Shown here: in pieces, positions 1-7,532 of the stretch
Numbering within the stretch: position 1 is the stretch's first letter
Layout: every line of letters starts with the position of its first letter
DNA from: Gemmatimonadota bacterium
GTDB taxonomy: Bacteria > Gemmatimonadota > Gemmatimonadetes > Longimicrobiales > RSA9
NCBI GenBank assembly: GCA_040905425.1
Contig: JBBDRO010000082.1
Location: forward strand, 1 to 21,903
Direction: 5' to 3'
DNA: 21,903 bases
The notes under the pieces: model-generated
Told to the model about the DNA's origin: nothing
The model's database searches: none
What the model saw: only the letters and a program-made list of their open reading frames with translations
Position numbers and translations under genes: made by a program

Positions 1-430
1 CGGGGTGGACGATCTTCAGGGGCAGCTCCGGGTCGGCGTAGTGTTCTGCCGGCGTGTAGCCGGTGAGCGCTTCGGCCGCGGGACTCACGTACTCGAAGCC
101 GCGTTCCGGGTGGAGGCGGTAGCGGAAGATCATGTCAGTGGAGCGGCGGGCCAGCAGGTCCAGGTGGGAGGCCACGTGTTCACTGCGCCGGAAGAACGTG
201 TGCAGCAGGGCGTACAGGAGTAGGGTCGTGACGAGAATGAAGAACCCGCCCTTGAGGGCGTCCGCGGAAGCGTGCCAGGTGGCGTTGGGACTGAATCGGA
301 GCAGGAGGTGATCGCTGCCCAGGACCCAGATCGCGGCGATGAGGCCGTACGCGCAGGCAATCCCCAGCGCGCGCCGACGGGCGGAGCCGCTCGGCTGGTG
401 GAGCAGACGTTGCTCGAGGATTGACACCAT
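1..430 (-). CDS. Membrane-bound PAS-domain sensor protein, N-terminal part only (histidine kinase or diguanylate cyclase/phosphodiesterase); runs off the window edge
   Basis: Not in the ORF track because it has no stop within the window. Manual translation from ATG at 430: MVSILEQRLLHQPSGSARRRALGIACAYGLIAAIWVLGSDHLL...KGGFFILVTTLLLYALLH...DMIFRYRLHPERGFEYVSPAAEALTGYTPAEHYADPELPLKIVHP. Two TM helices followed by a typical PAS start (YVSPA..LTGY.P.E....P....IVHP). AAGGA SD-like site just upstream. Confidence 0.85.
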   Translation of the reverse strand, partial: MVSILEQRLLHQPSGSARRRALGIACAYGLIAAIWVLGSDHLLLRFSPNATWHASADALKGGFFILVTTLLLYALLHTFFRRSEHVASHLDLLARRSTDMIFRYRLHPERGFEYVSPAAEALTGYTPAEHYADPELPLKIVHP

Positions 431-569
431 GGGTCCTTGGGGGGGGGCTGTCCGAACGGGTGGCCACATCGAATATATAGGGAAACGGACGGCGGTGCGC
501 GAGCGGAGCATCCCGCCCACGGTGTCGGCCAGCGGACGCGGGCGCTGCCACAGCCGGCCGTGCGTGCAA

Positions 570-1025
570 CTAGCGCTCCGGCGGTGGGTGCGCCGCCAGC
601 GCGTCCAGCAGGTCCCGCCCCAGGCCGCCCCAGATACGAGGCGGCGCCAGTTCCACGCTGTTGCCGGCGGGATCCCGTACGTACAGCGATACCCCTCCCT
701 CCGGCCACGTCACTTCCTTTTCTATGGCGACGCCGTGCGCCTCCAGCCACTCGCGCCACTCATGGCGCGTCTGCTCCTCGATCACGAAGGCCACGTGCCC
801 GGCGCCGCTGGCGCCGTGCTCCGGGACCCTACCGCCCGCCTCCCGTGTGGCGGCCGGATCGAAGAGAAGCAGCGTGGTGTGTCCGGCTCGCAGCGCCACC
901 AGCCGGCCGGGCGCCCGCAGGAGGACCGGCAGGCCGATCACCTCCGAGTAGAAGCGCTCGAGCGCGCGCAGGTCGGGACCGTAGAGGGCGGCTTCGAGAA
1001 GCGGGGGTGGCGTGCACTCCAACAT
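570..1025 (-). CDS. VOC (glyoxalase/bleomycin resistance) family protein, about 151 aa
   Basis: LEAALYGPDLRALERFYSEVIGL ... HGASGAGHVAF ... SLYVRDPAGNSVEL are classic VOC motifs. Start set at ATG 1025 (alternative ATG 1088); the longer ORF from 1340 is not VOC-like upstream. Confidence 0.9.
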   Translation of the reverse strand: MLECTPPPLLEAALYGPDLRALERFYSEVIGLPVLLRAPGRLVALRAGHTTLLLFDPAATREAGGRVPEHGASGAGHVAFVIEEQTRHEWREWLEAHGVAIEKEVTWPEGGVSLYVRDPAGNSVELAPPRIWGGLGRDLLDALAAHPPPER

Positions 1026-1101
1026 AGGGGCGCCCGGGCCGCACGGAGCGGGCCAGGGCGAGTTGCGAAGGTCACGGGGAGTGTCCATTCCAGGAAAAGT
1101 C

Positions 1102-1131
1102 TTGACGTACGCTGGCCTGCCGTTGCACAAT
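1102..1131 (+). promoter_or_regulatory. Candidate sigma70-type promoter for the DyP cluster
   Basis: TTGACG (1102-1107), 18 nt spacer, CACAAT (1126-1131), in the divergent intergenic region. Confidence 0.4.
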
Positions 1132-1339
1132 GGGAGCGCGTCCAGGGCGTGTGGAGGGGCTTCGGCCCACCTGCCATCCGCACGTCCGGAGAAGCAGTTG
1201 ATGCAACCTCCCCGGTTAGGGCCACGCCATTGGGCGTTGCCTGCCTGGGTGCGTGCGGCTGTTTCCGAACGTTCCTTAGCACGTAACGCCAATACCATCC
1301 GGGCCTGCCCGCAGGTCCGCCTCTTTGCGGAGCATGCCA

Positions 1340-2758
1340 ATGACTACCGCTACAGCCACGCGTCCGGCATCCCGCGCCGCAAGTCTTCCTTCCTCGGCGA
1401 CGGAGCGGGATGGCGCCGTCCGCCAGGGCGGCATCACCGTGGTCACCGCCATCCTGCCGGGCCATACGGAGGAACTGCGTACACTGCTGCGCTGCATCGA
1501 CCGGGACGAGGATGCGGGCACCGACGTGGAGGACAACACCATCGTGCCGTTCGGCAAGCTGACCCGCGTGCACTTCGCGCGTTGGCTGGTCTTCGATGAG
1601 GCCACCGAGGTGCGCGGCCGGACGATCCCCGCCACGCTGGTCTTCTGCAGCAATTATGACGAGCCGCTGCAGGACCACCTCGCCGAGATGATCCGGGTGG
1701 CTGGCCCTGGGCTGGACCGGATCTACGGCCATTGCGCGGGCTACCCCTCGGCAGGACACCAGGAACCGGCGGCCGTGGCGGCCTATCTGCGAAACCACTG
1801 CCGGAAGGTGGACACCTTCTACAACGGCACCTACGGCAAGTCCGTGGATCAGATCCGCCGTGAGGCACGCCTGCGCCAGGCCATCGGAGAATTTCTGGAC
1901 GAGCGGGCGGCGCGGCCGGACGGCCCGCCGCGCGACGGTGCCGAGGTCCACCGGGCCGTGGTGGCGTTCGTGCGCGGTCGCCCCGACCTGGAGTGGGCCC
2001 TCACGCCGCCGCGCGCCACGCGCCCGCCGTTTCCCGGTGGCCCGCCGCTATGGGTCCTGCTTGGTGCCCTGGTGCTGGGCGTGATCGCGGCGCTCGTGGG
2101 CGCGCCCATGGCCACGCTGTCGATCCTGGCCGTCGTGCTCGTGGTGGCGCTCCTCTTCACCGCGGTCCTGCTCATCCACGAGCGCCGCGATGACGCTACC
2201 GCATGGACCGAAAAGCACCGTCCGAAGAAGCCGGACCTGGCCAGGCGCGAGGATCGGGTGGTCCAGAACCAGCTCAGCAGCGTCATCAACATCAAGCCTG
2301 GCCTGCTGCGGGCGGTAACGCTGCGCGGGGTGCTCTTTGCCATCAACGTCCTGGCCCGCCTCGTCTTCTACAAGGGCAAGCTCGGCACCATCCCTTCCAT
2401 CCATTTCGCGCGCTGGGTCATTGTGGACGATGGTCGCAGGCTGGCCTTTTTCAGCAACTTCGACGGCAGCTGGGAGAGCTACCTGGGCGAGTTCGTGGAC
2501 AAGGCGTCCACCGGACTCACCGCCGTATGGAGCAATTGCGTGGCGTTCCCGCGCACGCGCCTGCTGGTGACGCAGGGCGCGGCCAACGAGCAGGCCTTCA
2601 AATCGTACGCGCGTGACCGCCAGGTGGTGACCGATGTCTGGTACTCCGCCTACAAGACACTCACCGTGCTGAACATCACCAACAACTCTGAGCTCCGCAG
2701 AGGATTATCGGAAACGCTCGGCGGCGCGCGCCTCGAGGCGTGGCTGCGGCGGCTATAA
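1340..2758 (+). CDS. DyP-associated membrane-anchored protein with two HFARW-motif domains (uncharacterised, about 472 aa)
   Basis: GGAG 7 nt before ATG 1340 (alternative ATG 1334). Internal duplication VHFARWLVFDE..LVFCSNYD / IHFARWVIVDD..LAFFSNFD, separated by a hydrophobic two-helix hairpin (about 2048-2176). Ends 12 nt before the DyP gene. Confidence 0.85.
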   Translation: MTTATATRPASRAASLPSSATERDGAVRQGGITVVTAILPGHTEELRTLLRCIDRDEDAGTDVEDNTIVPFGKLTRVHFARWLVFDEATEVRGRTIPATLVFCSNYDEPLQDHLAEMIRVAGPGLDRIYGHCAGYPSAGHQEPAAVAAYLRNHCRKVDTFYNGTYGKSVDQIRREARLRQAIGEFLDERAARPDGPPRDGAEVHRAVVAFVRGRPDLEWALTPPRATRPPFPGGPPLWVLLGALVLGVIAALVGAPMATLSILAVVLVVALLFTAVLLIHERRDDATAWTEKHRPKKPDLARREDRVVQNQLSSVINIKPGLLRAVTLRGVLFAINVLARLVFYKGKLGTIPSIHFARWVIVDDGRRLAFFSNFDGSWESYLGEFVDKASTGLTAVWSNCVAFPRTRLLVTQGAANEQAFKSYARDRQVVTDVWYSAYKTLTVLNITNNSELRRGLSETLGGARLEAWLRRL

Positions 2759-2770
2759 GGGAGGGCCGAC

Positions 2771-4201
2771 ATGGAATATGCACTGGAGAAGGAGCGGATG
2801 CAGGGGCTCATCGTGCGCGGTTATGGCGGGCTGCCGTCGGCGCAATTCCTGGTACTGGGTTTTGGCGCCGCCAGCAGGGGGCGGGCGTGGCTGGCCGACC
2901 TGGCCGACCGGCTCACCGCCGCTACGGAGCGGCCGGAGCGGCGCGCACTGCACGCTGCCTTTACCCACGGCGGATTGAAACAGCTCGGTTTGCCGGCCGA
3001 GGCCCTGGCAAGCTTCTCCCCCGAATTCCAGGAGGGCATGTCCACGGGCCACCGCAGCCGCATCCTGGGCGATCATGGCGAGAGCGATCCCGCCCACTGG
3101 ACGTGGGGCGGCGGTTCCAGGGAGGTGCACGCGATCCTCATGCTCTACGCCGTGGATGATGAGGAGTTGGCGGCGTTCTTGAGCCACGAGGCGGGCAACC
3201 TTGCCGGCCACGACATCACCGTCGTGGCGGAACTGGACACCTTTGCCTGTCCCGACTTCCGCGAGCACTTCGGTTTCCGGGACGGCATCGCGCAGCCGAT
3301 CATCGACGGTCTGCCGCGTTCCGGTCCCGCGGACAATACGGTGGCACCAGGCGAGTTCGTGCTCGGTTATCCCAACCAGTACGAGCGCTTGCCCGGCTCG
3401 CCCACGGTAGCCGCGGCCACCGATCGGGCGGGCGTGCTTCCCCCTGACCCCGACGATGGCAACGGCGCCGCGGCGTGGCGCGATTTCGGCCGCAACGGCA
3501 CCTACATGGTGTTCCGCCAGCTCTCCCAGGACGTAAGAGGATTCTGGAGCTTCGTGGACCGGATGAGCCGCAACGCCAACGGCGAACAGCAACTCGACGA
3601 GTGCGTGGCGCTGGCCTCGAAGATGGTGGGCCGCTGGCCGAACGGAGCCCCGCTGGTGCTGGCGCCGGAGCGGGAGGAGCCGGCACACGCGGGTGAAGAC
3701 GCCTTTGCTTACCACGCCACCGATCCGCATGGTCTGCGCTGCCCCGTCGGCGCCCACATCCGGCGCGCCAACCCGCGTGACTCGCTGGCCCCGGATCCGG
3801 GGGATTCCACCGTGGTGTCCAACCGCCACCGGCTGCTGCGCCGTGGCCGCACGTACGGCAGGCCGGTGGCCATGTCCATGGAAGCCAAGGACGTGCTGGA
3901 AGCCGAGAGCTACGAAGGTGAGCGCGGTCTGCACTTCGTCTGCCTGAACACGGACATCGCACGCCAGTTCGAATTCGTCCAGCACACCTGGATCAACAAT
4001 CCCAAGTTCGAGGGCATGTACAATGATGTGGACGCCGTGAGCGGGGACCACGACAAGAAGAACGCCGGCTACTTCACCATCCCCGCGGAGCCCGTGCGAC
4101 GCCGCGTTCACGATGTGCCCCGCTTCGTTCACGTGCGCGGCGGCGCCTACTTCTTCATGCCGAGCATCGACGCCGTACGCTACCTGGCCGCGCTCACCTA
4201 G
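2771..4201 (+). CDS. Dye-decolorizing (DyP-type) heme peroxidase, long class C/D-like, 476 aa
   Basis: EHFGFRDGIAQP (GxxDG distal Asp), GAHIRRANPR (proximal His), HRLLRRGR (distal Arg), GLHFVCLNTDIARQFEFVQ, RGGAYFFMPS. SD AGGGAGG. No signal peptide seen. Confidence 0.95.
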   Translation: MEYALEKERMQGLIVRGYGGLPSAQFLVLGFGAASRGRAWLADLADRLTAATERPERRALHAAFTHGGLKQLGLPAEALASFSPEFQEGMSTGHRSRILGDHGESDPAHWTWGGGSREVHAILMLYAVDDEELAAFLSHEAGNLAGHDITVVAELDTFACPDFREHFGFRDGIAQPIIDGLPRSGPADNTVAPGEFVLGYPNQYERLPGSPTVAAATDRAGVLPPDPDDGNGAAAWRDFGRNGTYMVFRQLSQDVRGFWSFVDRMSRNANGEQQLDECVALASKMVGRWPNGAPLVLAPEREEPAHAGEDAFAYHATDPHGLRCPVGAHIRRANPRDSLAPDPGDSTVVSNRHRLLRRGRTYGRPVAMSMEAKDVLEAESYEGERGLHFVCLNTDIARQFEFVQHTWINNPKFEGMYNDVDAVSGDHDKKNAGYFTIPAEPVRRRVHDVPRFVHVRGGAYFFMPSIDAVRYLAALT

Positions 4202-4215
4202 CCGGAGGACTGGCC

Positions 4216-4833
4216 ATGCTGAACCTGAATCTGAATCCGAAGACGGATGTCCTGCCGTTCGTGGCCGCCACCGCGGGAGAGTTCGCCGCGCTCTTCTACT
4301 GGCTGCGCCTCCTCGAGGGCGGTCAGCCGTGGCTGGCCGCCGTGGTCCTCTGGGTGGGTTTCTCCGTGGAGCGCATCGCGGTAGCGCTCTGGATCCTTTT
4401 CGTCTACACCCCCAAGGACGCCAGCGCGCCGGCTCGGCCGCCGCTCTGGCAGAGCGCCCTCACGCTGGTGGCCATCACGGTCTCCGAGGTGCTCATCTGG
4501 GTGATCTGGCTGGCGCTGGCCCGGAGCAGCGGCCATCTGGTGGCGGGCGCCGTGCTCATGGCGCTCATGCTGGCCGAGCACAGCGTGGAGATGTCACTCA
4601 TCAAGCGGACGCCGCCCTTTGCATGGGTGACGAACCGGAGCACCATCTTCTTCACCGTCATGGAGGTCGCGGGCGGCATGGGCTGGCTCTACCTGACCTG
4701 GAACGGCCAGCCGCTGGCCGGCGCGGCCGTGCTGCTCGCCGGCCTCTCCGTGGAGCATGTGCTGCAGGGCTCCCAGCTCAAGCCGGAGGTGGTGGTGCGG
4801 CCGGCGCCGGCGCCGGAGCGGCAGCCAGCATGA
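4216..4833 (+). CDS. Uncharacterised 6-TM membrane protein made of three hairpin repeats with intramembrane Glu and Glu-His/Arg
   Basis: GGAGG SD; six hydrophobic segments; gapless repeat T-x2-E-x6-WL-x-L...VL-x6-E[HR] occurs three times. Confidence 0.85.
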   Translation: MLNLNLNPKTDVLPFVAATAGEFAALFYWLRLLEGGQPWLAAVVLWVGFSVERIAVALWILFVYTPKDASAPARPPLWQSALTLVAITVSEVLIWVIWLALARSSGHLVAGAVLMALMLAEHSVEMSLIKRTPPFAWVTNRSTIFFTVMEVAGGMGWLYLTWNGQPLAGAAVLLAGLSVEHVLQGSQLKPEVVVRPAPAPERQPA

Positions 4834-4886
4834 GCCGCGGCAGCGCGGGGCGCGCCCCGCGCCACGATCCGACCAAGGAGGATGCC

Positions 4887-5285
4887 ATGCCCATGAACCT
4901 GTCCACCCGCCGCCGGGTGCGCCGGGGAGCCCTGTTGCTGGCGCTCGCCTGCACGGCGGCCGCGAGCACCGGCTGCTACCGCTACCACGTCTACCGGGTG
5001 GGGGGCGCCGAGGGCAGGGAACTGGGCAACCAGCCCTCCACGGAGTGGCAGGGCCGGACCCTGCACGCCTTTGCCTGGGGCGCCGTGCGGCAGGATCTGC
5101 CCGTGGACAACTGCCCGGTCGTGAACGGCTACCGCACCGGCATCGAGGAGGTGCGCGTGGAGAACAACCTGGGCTACGTGGTGGCGTCCACCGTGACGCT
5201 CGGCCTGTGGGCGCCGCTCCGGGTGAGTTGGCGTTGTGCCCGCCCGCCCGTGCTGGCCGACACGCTCCAGGTGAGCCGGCCGTGA
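4887..5285 (+). CDS. Bor/Iss-like lipoprotein, about 132 aa
   Basis: AAGGAGG SD before ATG 4887. Basic n-region, hydrophobic core, lipobox-like ASTG-C. Mature part HAFAWG...C...V.VENNLGYVVASTVTLGLWAPLRVSWRC resembles the Bor family pattern with two Cys. Confidence 0.75.
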   Translation: MPMNLSTRRRVRRGALLLALACTAAASTGCYRYHVYRVGGAEGRELGNQPSTEWQGRTLHAFAWGAVRQDLPVDNCPVVNGYRTGIEEVRVENNLGYVVASTVTLGLWAPLRVSWRCARPPVLADTLQVSRP

Positions 5286-6817
5286 TCCGCCGCAACGGCG
5301 CGCAGGCGTGGGACAACGTGCACGTCACGTTCAGGGCGCAGCTGGACGACCTCATCGACGTGGACAACGGTCCGCCGGCGGGGGGCACCCAGCAACGCGG
5401 CTTTCCGCTCCTGCGGCAGGTGGCCGCCGACCTGGACGGCCTGGCCGCCGAAGCCCGCCAGCGCGGCAAGCGCATCCGGGCGCTCGGCTCCGGCTGGGCC
5501 CTCACCGACATTGCCCTCACCGATGGCTGGCTCATCAACACCAAGCCGCTGACCGGCTGCTTCGAGCTCTCCGAGCGCTACTTCGAGGATTCCTTCGAGC
5601 AGGCGCGGCGGCCGTTCGTGGTGCTGGCGCAGGCCGGCATCTCGGTGGGCCAGCTCAACACGCATCTGGAGTTGGGCGCCACGGCCGGCTTCCCGCGCGC
5701 GCTCCGCACGGCGGGCATCGGCGCCGGCCAGACCATCGCCGGCGCCGTGTCCGGCAACACGCATGGCTCCGCCATCAACTTCGGCGCCATGCCGGACTTC
5801 GTGGTGGGCATCCAGCTCGTCACGGGCTCCGGCCGGAGCCTCTGGTTGGAGCGCGCCTCGGAGCCCGTGCTGACGGACGAGTTCGTGGCCAAGCTCGGCG
5901 CTGAGCGGATGCGCGACGATGACGTCTTCGACGCCGCCGTCGTGAGCTTCGGCGCGTTCGGCATCATCACCGCCCTGGCCATCGAGACCGAGCCGCTCTA
6001 CCAGCTGGCCTTCGCCCCCGTGCACGACATCTCGCACGCCGACCTGAAGCACAAGCTGAGCCACCTGGCCTACGATGATCCACCCGGCCTGCACCACTAC
6101 GAGTTCGTGTTCGATCCCTACAGTTCAAACGAGATGGCCATGGAGGCCGTGGCCACCAAGGTGCCCGTCGAGCCGGGGCATACACCCCCCGAGCCGGTGT
6201 GGATCGTCCGCAGCGAGAAGGGCTTCGCGCTCGGCCCCCACACCCCTGGCGTGATCCTGGACCTGCCGCTGGTCACCCCGGCACAGAAGACCGCCTTCCA
6301 GTTCAAGCAGTACCGCGAGCGCTGCATCCTGGATGACACGCGCGGCACCCCCGGTCAGCTCTTCACCGCCACCATCACCTACCTGGAGGGCTACACGGAG
6401 TCCGCGCTGGGCGTCAGCGTCCACGACGCGGCCACCATGATCGACGTGAGCGCCCGCGTTATCCGGGACATGGACCTGCCCGCCATGGCCCAGGTGCGCG
6501 TGGCCCACCCGTCGCGCGCGCTGCTCGGCTTCACCTACCTGGCGCCGAAGACGGCGGTCTTCGAGTTCGGACTGGCCCATGACGACCGCTTCCCGGAGTT
6601 CGAGGACAACCTCACGGCGGCGCTCACGGCGGAGGGCGTGCGCTACACCTTCCACTGGTCCAAGAACTCCGGCCTCACACCCGCCCGCCTGCAGGCCATG
6701 TACGGCAACAGCCGCGTGCAGCGCTGGCGCGACGCCCGGAAGCGCGTCTTCCACGATGACGCCGCCCTGATGGAGGTGTTCAGCAACGAGCACCTCGAGC
6801 GGGCTGGCCTGGCCTGA
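5282..6817 (+). CDS. FAD-binding oxidoreductase, VAO/PCMH fold, ALO/L-gulonolactone-oxidase-like, about 511 aa
   Basis: GTG start overlaps the upstream stop (GTGA). RIRALGSGWA, AQAGISV, QTIAGAVSGNTHGS, SFGAFGII (FAD_binding_4-type) and C-terminal FHWSKN (compare ALO 'PHWGK'). Confidence 0.9.
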   Translation: MIRRNGAQAWDNVHVTFRAQLDDLIDVDNGPPAGGTQQRGFPLLRQVAADLDGLAAEARQRGKRIRALGSGWALTDIALTDGWLINTKPLTGCFELSERYFEDSFEQARRPFVVLAQAGISVGQLNTHLELGATAGFPRALRTAGIGAGQTIAGAVSGNTHGSAINFGAMPDFVVGIQLVTGSGRSLWLERASEPVLTDEFVAKLGAERMRDDDVFDAAVVSFGAFGIITALAIETEPLYQLAFAPVHDISHADLKHKLSHLAYDDPPGLHHYEFVFDPYSSNEMAMEAVATKVPVEPGHTPPEPVWIVRSEKGFALGPHTPGVILDLPLVTPAQKTAFQFKQYRERCILDDTRGTPGQLFTATITYLEGYTESALGVSVHDAATMIDVSARVIRDMDLPAMAQVRVAHPSRALLGFTYLAPKTAVFEFGLAHDDRFPEFEDNLTAALTAEGVRYTFHWSKNSGLTPARLQAMYGNSRVQRWRDARKRVFHDDAALMEVFSNEHLERAGLA

Positions 6818-6831
6818 GGAGGGGCCTCCCC

Positions 6832-7530
6832 ATGCAGCATTTCAAGCGACGTCCCCGCATCGCGCGCCGCGCGTTCCGCACGCTCGCGCTGGCGGCCACG
6901 CTGCCGGTGCTCGCGCCGGCGCTCACGTCGGCGCCCACGAGCGCGCAGGTCACCGATGCCGGCTTCGTCCCCAGACACAACCTCTTCGATCCGCACGTGG
7001 CGTACGCCGCGTATGCCTTCGACGACGCCGACATGGCGGCGCTGCGCGCCGACCTGTGGGGCAGCGCCTGGGGCGTGACACTCCTCGGCGGCATGCAGTT
7101 CGTGGACGGCGCGGACAACGGTGTCCAGGCCGCGGGCGTCCTCATGCGCCAGCTCCAGGCGCACGCCAACTGCTTCGGCGCGGCGTGCGTGGGCATTCAG
7201 TTGCAGGCGGGCGCCGCGCTGACGCGCCGGGACGGTGTCTCCGTCGTGGAGGCGCCCGCGGCGCTCGGCCTCATCCAGCGCTTCAGCGTCCCGCGGCTCG
7301 GCGTCTTTCCCGGCGTGGTCGGCCATGGCTGGGCGAGCGGCTCGGTCGTCGGCCGGTGGGCGGACAACCTCGACGAAGTGGGCTGGGGGCTGGGCCTGGG
7401 TCTCCGCACCACGTTCCACGGCGCCCTGGCGCCATGGGGCGCGCACGTCTTCGGCGGCTGGCGCTGGTTCGACGGCCCCGTGGACCGAAAGCTCGAGCTG
7501 GGCATTCATCGTGTCCTGAAGCGCATCTGA
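6832..7530 (+). CDS. Exported protein, possibly a small outer-membrane beta-barrel, 232 aa
   Basis: GAGGAGG SD. Signal peptide (RRPRIARRAFRTLALAATLPVLAP...TSA-Q). Alternating Gly/aromatic strands (VGWGLGLGLRTTF, WGAHVFGGWRWF, KLELGIHRV). Confidence 0.7.
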   Translation: MQHFKRRPRIARRAFRTLALAATLPVLAPALTSAPTSAQVTDAGFVPRHNLFDPHVAYAAYAFDDADMAALRADLWGSAWGVTLLGGMQFVDGADNGVQAAGVLMRQLQAHANCFGAACVGIQLQAGAALTRRDGVSVVEAPAALGLIQRFSVPRLGVFPGVVGHGWASGSVVGRWADNLDEVGWGLGLGLRTTFHGALAPWGAHVFGGWRWFDGPVDRKLELGIHRVLKRI

Positions 7531-7532
7531 GC

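Noticed and set aside
1113..1127. Sigma54 promoter TGGCCTGCCGTTGCA
   Set aside because: GG-to-GC spacing is 9 nt rather than the required 10.
1138..1268. SAM-I riboswitch (TCCAGGG..GGAGGG..GGCCC..GCAACC..GGTGC resemblance)
   Set aside because: Lacks the AUC-x-AGAG start and the AAnUCC after GGUGC, spacing is wrong, and downstream genes are unrelated to methionine. Kept only as a generic structured leader.
2753..4132. 459-aa antisense ORF and other long overlapping ORFs (e.g. 7506-8708, 10799-12055, 12137-13552, 15259-16701, 19872-21758, 20186-21811)
   Set aside because: Shadow frames of well-supported genes in high-GC DNA, with no recognisable domains.
4150..4201. Encapsulin cargo-loading peptide on the DyP
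   Set aside because: C-terminus ends PSIDAVRYLAALT with no GSLxIGSL-like tail, and no encapsulin gene is visible in the window.
4219..4236. CTGAAY x3 hexamer repeat (LNLNLN)
   Set aside because: Only three imperfect in-frame units; too short to suggest phase variation.
2771..4833. EfeUOB-type iron uptake system
   Set aside because: The DyP has no Tat signal and is not EfeB-like; the 6-TM protein lacks the REGLE motifs of EfeU/FTR1; no EfeO is present.
4113..5281. Long N-terminal extensions in the ORF track (from 4113, 4757; likewise 7056, 18432, 1340 minus strand) suggesting fusions or frameshifts
   Set aside because: The extensions are Arg/Pro/Gly-rich off-frame reads of neighbouring genes; internal starts with SD sites or stop-start overlaps explain the real proteins.
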